Shown here: positions 26,712 to 40,207 of the stretch, one piece after another
How the letters are laid out: the number at the start of each line of letters is the position of its first letter
How positions within the stretch are numbered: the first letter of the stretch is position 1
Source: Psilocybe cubensis
Taxonomy: Eukaryota
Assembly (NCBI GenBank): GCA_017499595.2
Contig: CM039009.1
Span: 2,418,001 to 2,482,000 of the forward strand
DNA: 64,000 bases
Reading direction: 5' to 3'
The notes under the pieces: generated by a model
Databases searched by the model: none
The model's input: only the letters and a program-made list of their open reading frames with translations
What the model was told of the DNA's origin: nothing
Made by a program: the position numbers and the translations under genes

Positions 26712-29456
26712 GTTGGCTGATGTTAAGAAGAGTTCTACGCCTGATTTTACTCGTTCAACTTGGCATTGTTTTATAGGCAATTGGAAGTCACAGCCTCGGG
26801 AACTTTCAACGCTCCATTATCTAGATAATCTGATGTTTAGGAATAACAAGAGACTTATTCGGTTCCTGCATCCTGTTTCCTCATGAAAGCGTACTAAATG
26901 TTAATTAATGCTAATCACACTATTGTCTCTGGGACAATGAGGCGCACCTGTGGAAAGATATTTTCTATATGTAGAACAGAAGCCACCAGTAACATTCGAG
27001 ATTCGCCGAAGCATTGCTTGGGAAGCAAAAAGGCTCTAATGGAAGCCTATCATTTGAGAGGTTTGGAAAACCGGAGTTTGACCAGTATCGATGGATATTT
27101 ATAATTATTCTCGCATGATATCTCAAGAAAAAGTCGAATGGATCCTATTTGATAGTTTCCGTGCTATTTTAATGTATGTGGCACTGACCCAGTGGAGCTT
27201 GCTTTCATGCATAAGAAGCAGTTACGAGGGACTAGAAGTACAATGTCGGGTTCTTAATGATGCAAATTGATATCGTAAAAGTTGGTACAGACTATCTGAG
27301 AGTGGACTGATTGTTTGTCCTGGCCGATAATCTAGACATGTGCAATTATGTGTATAAAGCTTTCATCCGTATACTGCAACAGCATCATTGATAATCTGAA
27401 TGATAAGAAAGAAAGCTGTATCGATAGCTAGCCTTATTAACTTACAGACAGAATGGACAAGGTTCTCAACTCTCACACCATTTCCAATCATTGCTTCGGG
27501 AAAAACTATCACACAAATGGGGGTTTCTGCTTCCATTTAAATATGACTCTCTGCCACTCGAGAAGGTTGAGTGTTGATAAGGAGGCGTATATCACTGATG
27601 TCTCACGATAAACACCGGAGGTGTATGCACGAAGAAAAAGCCGAGCTCATATAGCTCTTGAAACAGAAAAAAGGTGACGGTTTTGTCAAAATACATATCC
27701 ATATTACTGGGATTCTTACAGAGCATCTCTGCTTGTCACGAATTCCTCAATTTCTTAGTAGTATTGGGTGCCAGGGTATTGCGATTCTGCGATAGCCGCT
27801 AGCGCAACTAAAGCATGCCAAGAGTAATACGTAAGCGGTCTGGATGCGGAGCTTAAATCTTGTCATTCCTGGCATCCCGATCTATCCCGATACTTGTGAT
27901 TCCTACGTCTTCCTCCTGCATCAACTAATTCTTATTCCTAAATGGACCCATATGATGCCCTATATCTTTTCTCTACTTCCTCACTCTCCATATAAGGAGA
28001 CAGTCATATGAATACCCCAGAGCGGGAAGCGAGTCAGGGAGTTTTGAACAGGAGAGAGGAGGAAGTGCCGACGCAGTCAGGTCAAAGGTGAGTCCTGTAT
28101 TCCATATACGACCGCTTTCATTGGACAACATCTCGAAATATAATATCTACTCTCGTCGTATAGAACATGGCAGTAACCGTCCAGTGTCGAGCCTGGCTTT
28201 ATGATTCACCATACCCCAGACGATTCTCAAATACCCAATGCCTTTCAAATTGCTCAGATATATCACCGAAAAACATTAACTCAAGCATGTAAGACAAAAC
28301 ACGGCATTTATTACACCCGCTGAGTATTGGCTGGCTCAATATCGAGACGATAAACATTGAGGAAACGCTTGCGAGCAATGAGAGAGTGCGTGGAAACGGT
28401 CAGATCAAGGTAAGCATTTTACGTATCCGCATCGCACTCACAGCGTTTCTTCAGGCTGTCCAATTCCACGTCGTACCACGCTATCAGTATTGCATATAAT
28501 CAGGCTCAGAGCTACGCATTCGAGCGGGATGGAGTGCTTCAGGAGACTTGCACAGTCTAGGGTCCCGTGCTTTCCGTCCTTCTCTGTTATCAAGTGAGCC
28601 ATACTGCGAGTATCCACATTCTTGAGCTATCATATGCAGGATGTCTGCGGCATATATGACTTGAAGGTACCGCTACTCGCGATTGATTGATAACTCGACC
28701 CCTATGCCGTTCCGCCTCCTGCACCTCTTATGCCTATGAGATTGCTCATTCTCGTTTCGCTTGCTTTCATCTATATCAGAGACTCTCGAGCGGCCGTGAT
28801 ATGCTGCTTCAACTCGCCCTCAGGATGTCTAGTCGACATGGAACTCAGAACGCTCCTGTGTTTATGTGTGCTGTCTGGCCATATACTGTTGCCTTTGGTT
28901 TCCTACTATCACCGCCCCCCTTCCTTCGCCTCTATTCAAACTCGTTTTAAAGCTCGATTGTGAATTGCTGGTCAGAGTGGCTTGCTCGATGTCATCCCGT
29001 ATGATTGCCCATTTGTCCATTCAACGTGGGCCTGAGAATTCTTCCGTCTATTTGTGAGTTAGGATTTCAATTGGCGTGCGTTGGTATTCAAGCCGAAGTC
29101 TCCGTTCAAATACATGCCTGTTCCCTTTTCTTTGTTTCTATTGGTCATGATTCGTTTTTCACTGTCGTTGATCGTTGAGGCTCATATCCTAATCTGTTTT
29201 CCCTCGATTTCGTGCTCGATTCCGATCAAATCCTCGATTCCCGGTCTGCTCACATCAATATGTGCGGCCATATTCAACATTCAATCATAAACGCGTACAA
29301 ACTTGTATCCTTTCAAACAACGAAACGGATATGTTTCTTGAAATAGGCACACCATTACATCCCAGTACCAACACTAATGTCCACTGCTGTTGAGAATTAT
29401 GGAGTAATATTTTCAGTTTCTAGACAGATTCTGGCAAGGGCCGGCGATGGACATAC

Positions 29457-30116
29457 CTTATGTTATTCCATATCATGATTGGATCAACATCTTCCCCATC
29501 CCCTTTGTATAACCCCTTGATAACAGAGTCAGAACCCGGCATAATCTTCAAACAAAAACCGTCAAGAAACACTTACGAACGCAACGTCTGCCTCTTCCGA
29601 AACGTCAAACTTGCAGCTGATTATATCAGCATTTGCACCCACGCTGGGTGCGCTGAGGACGTTCCCGCCACTTTCGCTAGTGGTCATAACACACGTTTGA
29701 CCAGTCTAACAAATCTACTGTGAGCTGTAAAGGGGGGATATACAAGACTGGCAAGTTTGTACCTTGATGCGCTGTGCGTTGACAGAAGAAATCAGGTTCT
29801 TGTCGCTTTTCTGTAATGATTGTATCAACGACAATCCCCTTTCAAACATGCTGGCTAATGGAGACAAACCTTCGGGATGATGAGCACGCCGATGTTGCTG
29901 AATTGTACTGTATGGTGAACTTTTCCAGTTGGTTCAAACTTGAGAACCTCTGCAAAGAATTTATAGGTCTTATGCGCGTCAAAATAAGGTAGATGACATA
30001 CTCCAGCAGATAGGGGTTGGGGGATTGTGCAGTGTGTCGTAGTCAGCTAGGTCTACCATGAGCAATAATGTGATATCTTTCCCAAGATCATTGCTGCAGA
30101 TGGAGAAAGACTCCAT
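29457..30116 (-). pseudogene. Family paralog J: exons 1-5 only, 5' end split by a 10.9-kb insertion
   Basis: MESFSICSNDLGKDITLLLMVD...PICW|RVLKFEPTG...IPK|KSDKNLISSVNAQRIK|TGQTC...VAF|GLYKGDGEDVDPIMIWNNI. Exons 6-7 are not recognisable downstream. The first codons and upstream region lie at 41045 onward. Confidence 0.85.
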
Positions 30117-31049
30117 TACGGCGGGCAACAAGAAATGTCAGTGCATGTCAGTGCATGTAAGTGCAAGTCGGCAGTGACATGCACTGACAATATAATGTAT
30201 ATGCACTGACATGCACTGACATCACTTAGGATTTGTGAAAAAAATGAAGTCTGTACTTATATAAAATGAAACTGTGTTCAGTGCAGGATTACTTAGACGG
30301 ATTTTGAATGTATTATAAGTGTCTAGAAATCTACTATCCTCCTAGAATTATCTTTACACTGACTACCAAGAGTTGATGCACTGACACATGCACTGACCGC
30401 CAAGCAATTGCACTGACTTTGCACTGACATGCACTGACGGTGCACTTACATGCACTGACGGTGCACTCACATGCACTGACATACACTGACCTTCATTAAT
30501 GGTGCACTGACGATGCACTGACATTGTTTTTACCTTATAATCATGTTATCTTTTATTTCAAACGAAGAACACAATGGTAGGTAAGTAGACTGACTTAACT
30601 CCCACAACAATAGAGATGATTGCTTAGATATACAAACATCGATAACTAATATTTAGTAGTCGCGTATGGCGGATAAGATAAATCACTCACATGTGATTGA
30701 TTAATTATCTCGGATCATGCACTGATCATGCTCGGACTAATCCATGCTGTCCTCGAATCCGATGCTACTGGAATACCCTCGAGATGGTGTTGATACGCTC
30801 AATCTACTGCCCAAGACTTGTTCTGCATTGAAATGCTCTTATTTAATTGCCAATGATGTAATTTCTGTAATTTTTGGTAGATTACTACTTTCCAACTCTT
30901 AATTCAAGTTCTTCCAGACAACTTTCTTTGCAAATATCATTATATTACTGTTGATGTCGAGCTCTAAGATACTTTATTATTTCTGAACAAGTCCTCACCT
31001 TTCCCACGATTGATCGGAGATAAGACTCCGAGAAAGGTTTGGAAAAAGT

Positions 31050-32800
31050 GAATACTTGTCCTCATCGTCGTCCCAAGCACCCTCGGCCCCCACGTCCCCT
31101 CGATCCACAGGCTATTTCTTCAGTCTGCGGACCCTACCTTTACCACATCCCTTCTGAGTATTTCGAGTTTGTTGAATGGCCTGTGTACCTGGCCCATGGC
31201 TGAGATTGTTTAAAGGTCAGTCTGGTTTGTTTCTAATTTGTCAAGCATAAAATCAAATCTCACTTTTCGAATACTCGTTCCCTCGTCGTTCCGGACGACG
31301 ATGCGCCGGAACTCGACGCCCCTTCCCCCCCTCCAACAATGCCGTCCACCGGCGGCCGCCCTCCATTACCACAGCCTGTGGTTTGACATCCCCACTCCGC
31401 AGGCTGTTTGGCACCCTCGTCATGGAATATGCTGGATTCACAGCACTCTTATAACGTGGGTAGTCGGTTGCGCGGCTCCCCCTGCTCGTCGGTACACGCC
31501 CGCCAGCGTACTCCTGCATGGCTAGCTCTGAGGGCGTGTCCTGTCCTGCGCCCGCATCGCCTCTGGGTTCTTCGTCCGATCCACTTCTGCATTTTTTTCA
31601 GTAAATCATGGTCTAACACAAATCTTCGGAACTGCTTACCTTGAATCCGATGCTTCACTTACCCTGATATATCTCAAGTCAGAAATCGTTTAGTAACAAA
31701 TATTCCATAATGTGACATACCTCTGCACCTCTGCGGCGTCTCCGAGGCGCATGCGGCACTCCCATCTGGTTCAAATATTTTTGACATTAGTTCTCTTCAA
31801 TCGAGAGGCGGCACTACAACATACCCTCCATTGATAGTCTGGTCACGGCCGTACATTGCCTCGACGGGGCCCGTAAGGGACCCGGAGGCAAGGTTGCGAT
31901 CCGGTTCAATGGATCTGTTAGTGTGTTTATGTTCCGCCTCTCTGTATGAGGAAAACATGTTGCACGACTGCGAGGAGCCTTCGCCCGTCTCGACATAGCG
32001 AGGTACAGCCAGCGGTCGAAATGGCTCCGTAATGGAACTATGACATCAATATCAGTTTTTGTGCTGTATCATATCTATAGCCTCATGAACATATTACCTA
32101 TGGCTTTGGTTTCCTGAGGAACCTTCAGAGAACAAGGCCTCCGTATAAGGGCAAAAGAGTTCTGGTGCAGGCACCATTGTATTCCTGTAACGAGCGAAAT
32201 AAGCATCACGGAATAGTGTGTAAAAATGGAAAACACGTACTTTTCGTTTACGGATGCCCAATCCGACTGGTACAGGTTGACCTGAGCACTATCCGCCGCT
32301 TTTGTTGCAACTAAGTTGAATGGGCTGTGGTGACTACTGTATATTGGCTCAGGTAACCGGTCCCACTCGTCAACGCTTTGTTGAAACAAGTCGCCGGCCG
32401 CATACTCATCCACTGGCGGTGCGGCGAGATCGCTGAGTGGATCGAAATACGGATTGGGGGCAGGCTCCGTCGCAAGATGGATGTTGTCGGGTGTGGTAGA
32501 ATGGGGTAGATAATGAGGGATGGGTACATCTAATGTGCTCGTGGAGCCCTCCCATTCCCCAGCAGGCGTCCCGCAGGGCTGTTGTACGTCTCTAGACATA
32601 GCAATCAGCCATCTTGTGGTGTCCTGTATTTGCCGCGTCGACATGTATGCTGATCGCAGAGGTGGTTGATATTGGTCATACTCATAATTTGCTGTTGTAT
32701 TGTAGCACTCACGAATCATATCGTGTAGACATTGTAGCATTTCCGACATTTCAAGGCCTTGGCTTGAGGGTACGGACGATTGAACATTATTGGAGTTCAT
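31050..32800 (-). CDS. Cargo gene or gene relic, low-complexity hypothetical protein (3' exon structure uncertain)
   Basis: 241-codon ORF from ATG 32800 followed by plausible GT-AG exons (NTMVPAPELFCPY..., SITEPFRPLAVP..., MQEYAGGRVP...). No recognisable domain; the 3' coordinate is approximate. Confidence 0.45.
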
Positions 32801-35800
32801 GGATGCAGGACGTTAGAGTGTCTAATCGGTAATAGATGGGATGAAAGGAAGGAGACGTGAGTGTACACACATAGCAAGGATTATATCCAATCAATGCTCT
32901 CACTCAAGGCTTTTGCCGTAATCGGAGCGAGTGGCGCGACTGACTCGAGGTTGCTGGTCTGTCAGAAGATGCGACTTATCAATCAAATCTCAGGCATGTT
33001 TCTCCCACAGCGATCAGGGTGCTTCTACCTCGCGTTCTACTGCAGGCAGCTTGTGCTGCTATGCTATAGCGTATCAGAGTGTGGTACCATATAACAGTAC
33101 AGTCCGCCTAGGATATGTTTTTTCAATCCGTAGAATTAGTACGGTTGGGGGAAAGAGGACCCTGTATCGTTGACTTCGAATTTACACGCCTCAAACTGCT
33201 TCCGATTGTTCCTCCAGCCGTGTTCGAGAACACGCAGACTCGGCTCTGTATTAGTTGACGTCTACATTTCTTCCGTTCCTCCAGTGTGAAGATCTAACCT
33301 GCTTTATCCACAAACTGATCCTATCGTAGAGCTTCCAGTGGCTCAAAAATCTCCATTAGGACTCCTGGCTCAACATTCCGCAAATTCTGTCCCGGTGATC
33401 CTAGATTTTCCCTCGATTGTGTGTGTGTGTACGTCGGAGATTAAAATTATTGTGTGTATGTGTACGTCGGAGTTGAAATGATTGTGTGTATGTGTGGACC
33501 CGAGGTTCAACTTCGTGGCAAGCTCGTGGTCATGATCCAGTATGCTCCACGGGATATATAGCCTGTTGAATTTGACTGCTGCAGTATTCAAGTTTCGATT
33601 CACTGCGAAGGCTTATCATCACTGTATTAAATCGAAATCCGATTGTCGTTTGAAAGGTCACCAGCTCAGTCTGAAGATACATTCCCACGGTCAGCATCCG
33701 AATATGATCTTCGTCGTCAATTCGTCCGTCGTACATATGAAGGTGAAGATGTTTCCTACTTTATCCAGGAAGTTATGAACTTGTATGGTTTAGTTGTCCG
33801 CGCGTTCAATTCCGAGTGATATTTAATTTACCTTGGCGCGCTATGCAATCGTCGGGATCCGTCAGGTAATCAATGAAGTTCTCAAATCTCCCATATAAAA
33901 TTTAACGACGCAGCATTTCACATATCTTAACCTTTAGGAAATACATACATTTGTCGAGGAGTATTACATATATATCAATCGATAGAACAAATTGTTTAAA
34001 GATCAATTTTTGATAAATGGCGCTGAGAACAGACTTGGACATACGGTTAGTCGTGTCATGATGTCATGATGTCAAATGTGGGATTCTGTGACTTTTCTCG
34101 ACGTTTAATTCCGTGTAGGGGTGAATATTAGAGTTCAATAGTCCCCTGACCCGTATACCATCGCTCCCTTCCGTGCAACACTGTTATCGTCGCCTATGAC
34201 GAGCGAATCAGCCTCGCGTAGGTTAAGGATAATGCGACTACACAATGAGCATTGAATGGCAACTGAGAATCCAATGGGGGTTTCGATGAGGCCGTTCTAT
34301 ATACCATTGTTGATGTTGTTGCCGTTGTGGATGTTCGAGTGGTTATGTAAAGTTTTCGGTGTTTTATCTGATCAGTGATATGCAGAATTAGGGAGTAAGC
34401 GGGCAACAAGAAATGTCAGTGCATGTCAGTGCATGTAAGTGCACGTCTGCACTGACATACACTGGCAATATAATGTCCATGCACTGACATGCACTGACAT
34501 GCACTGATGTGCACTGACATCACTTAGGACTCATGAAACTGTGTTTGAGCAGGATATTACATTACGGTGCCATTTTAACCTCATAGATTTTAATTTTTCT
34601 TTCTATTTAGATGCTTATATAGTAGGTTGTTGTACTAAGAGAACCACGGAGTTGTAATTGCTATGTGTTTGATACAAACAAAATTTGACGAAGTGTCACA
34701 CCATGTGCCTTTACATTTTAGGTGGTTGTGTCCTCAGTAAAATGTACACACCAGTTGGGGCATCTACCTTTAGGATGGATGCTACATACAATTCAAATGA
34801 TATTATAAATGTGCACAAAATGATATAGTTTGCTCATGCCACAGGGGCCAGGCTATTATTTGTAGAGAAATTTGTCATTGAGTAATATATTCCGTGTAAT
34901 ATTGAAGTCTGTACTTATATACAATAAAAGGATGTTGAGTGCCCAACTGCTTAGACAGATTTTGATTGTATTACAAGTGTCTAGAAAGCAATTTAGTCGC
35001 ATAAATTATCTTTACACTAACTGCCAAGAGTTGATGCACTGACACATGCACTGACCGCCAAGCAATTGCACTGACAACGCACTGACATGCACTGACGACG
35101 CACTGACATGCACTGACAACGCACTGACATACACTGACATACACTGACATACACTGACCTTCAGTGATAATGCACTGACAATGCACTGACATTGATTTTA
35201 CCTCTTAATCATGTTATCTTTGATTTTAAATGAGGAATACAATAGTAGGTAGGTAGACTGTATCAATTCCCTCCAGTCTATCAGCTGTTCCCAAGACCCG
35301 CTTAAATAGGGTGCTCCAATGGGACTTTTTAACTCCCTTGCCCTTTCAGCTGTGACATGATAACATTGAATCCCTACCAGCAAACCACACCCCAATACAA
35401 GGCCAATACCAAAGCATTGTTGCACCTTCAGCAAAAGATGATCCCAAAGCATTGTCAAATGAGCATGTTTGATTAGTTATACAAAGGGATACTCTGAAGC
35501 GCCTATCTAATAATTCCTACACAATTCATTCATTTTCCCAACATCTATGCTTGATTTAGTACACCGGATTGTTACTTGAAAATGTAGAGAATATATGTCT
35601 ACTTCTATATCTTGGTATTTAGCCATTCCTGACCCATAAATTCCGAGACTGTATGCTTTAATCCTCCCCAAGTTAACTTTCTCACGGCCCACAACTTTCA
35701 ATTAACAAGTACAAATTTTGCCACCACACGATGAGCTAACCAATGCACTAACATACTTGTTTTAGTGGGCCACCGCGGAGCGTGGCATGACGAGTCTTTA

Positions 35801-35854
35801 CGATTCAGCGTCACGCTTTGTAATAATATAATATATATATAATATAATATAAAT

Positions 35855-36829
35855 ATGTCCAACTTTGACGTGGATATCGGTGCAATGGACGAAGTGATAT
35901 TCAGACTCCAAGGCATAGTTAGCGACAAGATGCTACCACCAATGGCAAAGCCTGCTTCGTACGTCCACTCCATTGAGGTGAATTAATTACAAATGAGGAC
36001 TGTTACAGCCACGACAGAACGGTCAAGCAACAACCATATTTACGTACCGCCATTGCTATCACGGGACTCGGAGACATTGTGTTCAATAAGGTGATGGAAA
36101 AGCTAGAAGAAGTTTTCCTCCGTTTTGCAAACAATTTTCCCGCGGACAGCGTCAGCGGCTATGACCCAGTTCTTCACAAAGACACGGGTTTCAATGTTTT
36201 CTATGCGCATAGCCAATATTTCACGAAGGTATCCGCATATCAAGACAAATCTGACAACATAGGTTTTCATCCCCTGGTCAACCCTGATAACGTGTTGGCG
36301 TCCATGGTAGGGGACAGTTTCATCCACGCAATCGATAACAAGGTACAGTTTCTTCGTCAGGAGATACTTCCTGACGGAACAGCCAGGTATGTTTAGAAAA
36401 TACCAACAACACATCACAACCAAACTAATATCATGTTGCAACAGATATTATTCTTATAATCCTGCCTCCATACGAATTGGAGACATTGTCGAGATCAGTG
36501 TTGCCTTTGTCGCATTTCCTGCCCAAGGAAACAAGTACAAATTTGTTGTCGCTCTTTGCGGAATACTTGTCTTGGACCAGGAGGCAAGAGAGGTAAGCAA
36601 TGTTACATTGAACAGTCTCATAGCCATTCATAACTTCCAACAGAAAGCTGATATTCTCAGAATGCGGTCGCGCTATACTCCAGCGAAAAGACAGGTTGCT
36701 GTTTTGTGTAGGACAAAGAGGCAGCTGTACAAAGGTCAGATTGACATTGAAGACACGCAACAGAGGATGGCACGTATGCGTTTAAATGAGGATACAGTCC
36801 ACAATAGCAATACTATGTCCCAAGATTAA
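35855..36829 (+). CDS. TE-borne hypothetical protein, possibly OB-fold/ssDNA-binding-like (~270 aa, 4 exons)
   Basis: Splices to an open frame: MSNFDVDIGAMDEVIFRLQGIV...LPP|...AITGLGD...NPDNVL...HAIDNKVQF...|YYSYNPASIRIGDIVEISVAF...|...MSQD*. The fold is inferred only from the beta-rich IGDIVEI segment. Confidence 0.7.
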
Positions 36830-36974
36830 TACATATGTACATAGAAAGACAAGGATATCATAAATGTGCTGAACGAACAATCAATCCATTTGCGTGAACA
36901 TTGTAAATAACAAGGAATAATTTGTCAAGTCATTTTCATGACAGAAATTATCTGAAGGTGTTAGTTGGCACCCC

Positions 36975-37154
36975 ATGGGAGAATCCTGCGTACACTGTAC
37001 GCAGAATATTCCCACACTCGGCTGAATATTGGCGAGGAAGTCCGTGGGAGAATTCTGCGTACACTGTACGCAGAATATTCCCACACTCGGCTGAATATCG
37101 GGAGAGGTTGACCGTGGGAATATTCTGCGTACACTGTACGCAGGATATTCCCAC
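36975..37154. repeat. Three tandem 41-bp palindromic hairpins (period 69-70 bp)
   Basis: Consensus GTGGGAATATTCTGCGTACA-C-TGTACGCAGAATATTCCCAC at 36975-37015, 37044-37084 and 37114-37154; related copies at 38976-39016 and 39212-39252. Confidence 0.92.
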
Positions 37155-37235
37155 GCTCATCCACAAGTCAAACTTACAAATTAAGACAAAAAAAATGAGG
37201 ACGAGAACACAAGTTTATTTCGAACAAAAATTTGA

Positions 37236-40207
37236 CTAAGGATGGAAGAAATTACAAATATCCATTCCACAAGAGGCTTTGTGGTTGAGGGCGATGCAAC
37301 CAAAAAATATCTGCCTTTCTGGATAGCAAATACAAAACAGTTGCATGTACACGGTCATCTTTTTGCCTACATTACAGGAATTAAATCGACAAATACTAAA
37401 ACTAAAGAGCACACACCTTATACCCCTTTCCCAGGATTTGATAGCTTTTTTGACACGCTTGTGTAATTGGTAAACATCTGCCGCTGTATAGTGAAAATCT
37501 AATGCAATACCACTGATGCGACGGACACCAAAATGCAAACAATCAAATTCATTGAGCAACAATGCCCACGAATTGGCTTCAACAAAGGAAGTCTGATTTG
37601 CTTTGGGTAAAAGAGGCAAAGAATAAACCCAACAATGCCTGTCGCCAACCCGTCTAATCCCAGGAGAGAACAACTCTGAATAAGGATCGTAATCCAGCAC
37701 AATGAGAACATGACCACGAGATGAACTATACCCAACATTTACGTTGTCCCTGATAGACTATATCCTGTTTTGGATATGGCGGTCCATTTTCAAAGTTTGC
37801 GATGGAATGGAAAGAACAAATTTCAAGCCACGGGAATGATATTTTGCAAGAAATTTTTGCGCGCGCTTGAGGTCGGCAGAAGGTTGCAACAGAGAGACTT
37901 GATGTCCAAAGGTAGCATTTGGATACAAGCTGTACACCTTCTCAAAGGTAACAAAATTCATGACGCCGGCTGCAGTAGAACAAAATTGAAGTTAACATTG
38001 TTTTGACACATGACATTGGGGACATACTGCTATGATACCCCAAAATGCACTCTACCACCGATTGACAAGTTGTAATCAGTTGGACAAAAGAACCTTGGCA
38101 CCATAGGTTAACGACCACTCCAGTGGTATTGTAATGTCGATGAAGAGGATGTTTCTGAAGGACGATTTTTTCCATTTTCAAAATTTTTTCTGCTGTGGTG
38201 TTGTCCGGATATTTGGGATGCGGCATGATAGTAAATCCAATGGACATCATCCAGGAAAGAACGGGAAGAGCATATCTGTGCTCGACATACATGTCCATGT
38301 CACCTGGAATCCATATATTAGCACGATTGATTACGAAACTTTATGTAAGTAAAGCGAGTTCTTTTATCCCCACAACCCACTGTACAAAAATATGTCCTTG
38401 CCAATTGTCCCCATCAGTAAATCATTGATGCCATCAAAATTGCGTGATTAATACCGGTTTTTTACTTAACCGGTATGCTTGACTTAATAATCGGTTACTA
38501 TCATAGAATTTCTGTTAGTTTTTGTTCCTACCAAGGGGATATGGAAATTAAAATACTAGATATTAGCTAGGTAGATAGGTTAGCTGCCATATGGTAGAAA
38601 ACAAAATTAGATACCATTACATTATGACTTTTTAATTGCAAGTTAAACATTTTGACACAGATAATCATCGCTCATAACCAAAAATTTTATAATAATGACC
38701 TCATTCAATTGATTTAAGGCCATTAATTAGTCACAATCAATTACATACCAACTGTTTTGCATGCTTTATACACCTCTAATGGCAAGTAGAGGTAAATAGA
38801 ATGCTTTATTGTTATCAAAAAAAATTTAGCATGAATGACTAGCAGACTGTGGTGGCATAGAATAAAGAATAATAAACATTATGTATCTAGCTATTATCTT
38901 TAATGCCACTTCAAATAACTTGTCATATTAAACTTGTTGTGCTGTTCATACTGGCCATGAATTAATAAGCAGACTGTGGGAATAACTTGCATATAGTGTA
39001 TGCAAGTTATTCTCACGGTTGCTGCACTTTGCATTGAGCAACTTGAACTTCTCTGGTAATTCCTAAAATATTACTGAGATGCATTGCATATACTTTAGGT
39101 AAAATACAAGTATTTTTGGCAATAATAATTATTTTCAGTCCTAGTTTAGATGATCTTATTATATTTTACTTGCTGTGGTGTTTGTACTGGCCGTGAATTA
39201 ATAAGCAGGTCGTGGGAATATCCTGCGCACACTGTACGCAGGATATTCCCACGGTCACTACACTCAATTTGCATTGAGCACTGGCCACTTTGGTCAAGAG
39301 ATGATCAATTTGAATAATGTTTTCCATGCATTGAATGTATTTTGGGGAAGAAATAATGTACTAATACTTGCAAATTATGCTTGAAATATGTTTCCACACA
39401 GCCAATTGTGTTCACAGCAACATCAAACTATGCCAAAAAGAAATATGCGCACCAAACAAATGTTTTTGCACACAATATTGTTTCACTCTTGATGCACTTT
39501 TCAAAAATAAGAAAATTATATTTATGGGAAATATGTTCCCACTTGGGCAGCCATACACATGAGCATTCTTCCATCAGTTTTCCATACGGGATTCTCCCAG
39601 CAGATCTGGAATTCTTCAATATTTAGCAGGTATGAAAATTATAATAGACAAGTTCTTCCTTACAATTAGGCCTTATAACCTGTGCAGCTATTTTTTGTGT
39701 CTGACACAACTAAGCTTGTAGTAGACCTAAGTCATAGTAATTAATCATAACCTTGCCCAGTATCTGGCTGTGCATTCAGAACATATTAATATATATTAAC
39801 TATGTTATATAAATCTAGATTAAAAAATATTTTATACAATTGTGAGATGTAAAGTCTTGTCATGCCACGCTTTGCGTTGGACCACTAAAACAAGTAAAAT
39901 GCAAAACGGTGGAACCTGAAATAACCAGGCCAGTCTTGAACTGGAGAAGACAAAACAGCAAATGTTCATTGGGTTTGAAGATAGGAGCAAATAAATTTTT
40001 GGGACGGAAGGCGCGGCGCATATAGCCCAAAACGCGATCGTTTAGCTCCTTGCAAGTCCAAGAGAAATGGTAGAGGGTTTTCAGATCCATCTGATCCATG
40101 TACACATCGTCCATGGGAGGCGGAAAGACTCTAAAAAATAAGTAATAACCAAATGAGATAAAACAGTGAACATACTGTTGGAAACGGGGGGATAACGCGG
40201 AAGCCAT
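37236..40207 (-). pseudogene. F-box-like/nucleotidyltransferase-like gene, split by a nested element and carrying a nonsense codon
   Basis: Removing 38331-39894 restores ...GLVISGSTVLHFINRANIWIPGDMDMYVE... (GS...DxD), then VQLIT...GYHSTGVMNF...YSLYP...KYHSRG...RRVGDRHCW. In-frame TAG at 37758-37760; the true 3' end is uncertain. Confidence 0.75.
38331..39894 (+). mobile_element. Short sister Helentron-like element (1564 bp) nested in opposite orientation
   Basis: 5' end TTACGAAACTTTATGTAAGTAAAGCGAGTTCTTTTATCCCCACAACCC and 3' end GTAAAGTCTTGTCATGCCACGCTTTGCGTTGGACCACTAAAACAAG match the ends of the host element. Excision restores the host reading frame; no TSD. Confidence 0.8.

Noticed and set aside
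27940-28700. GT-AG-like signals suggesting a plus-strand gene
   Set aside because: The splice combinations tried hit stop codons; not supportable.
33901-33911. TTTAACGACGC, a partial match to the 3'-UTR motif inside the MULE cargo
   Set aside because: No family exon nearby; treated as a chance match.
34971-35701. ORFs duplicated exactly at 46011-46741 (e.g. MSVHCQC..., MTMLWDH...)
   Set aside because: By-products of the duplicated non-coding MULE arm and its GCACTGACAT repeats; no coding hallmarks.
36975-37154. CRISPR-like look of three palindromic repeats with ~28-bp spacers
   Set aside because: Eukaryotic intron-rich context, no cas genes, and the two spacers resemble each other (ACTCGGCTGAATAT...), so this is a tandem hairpin repeat.
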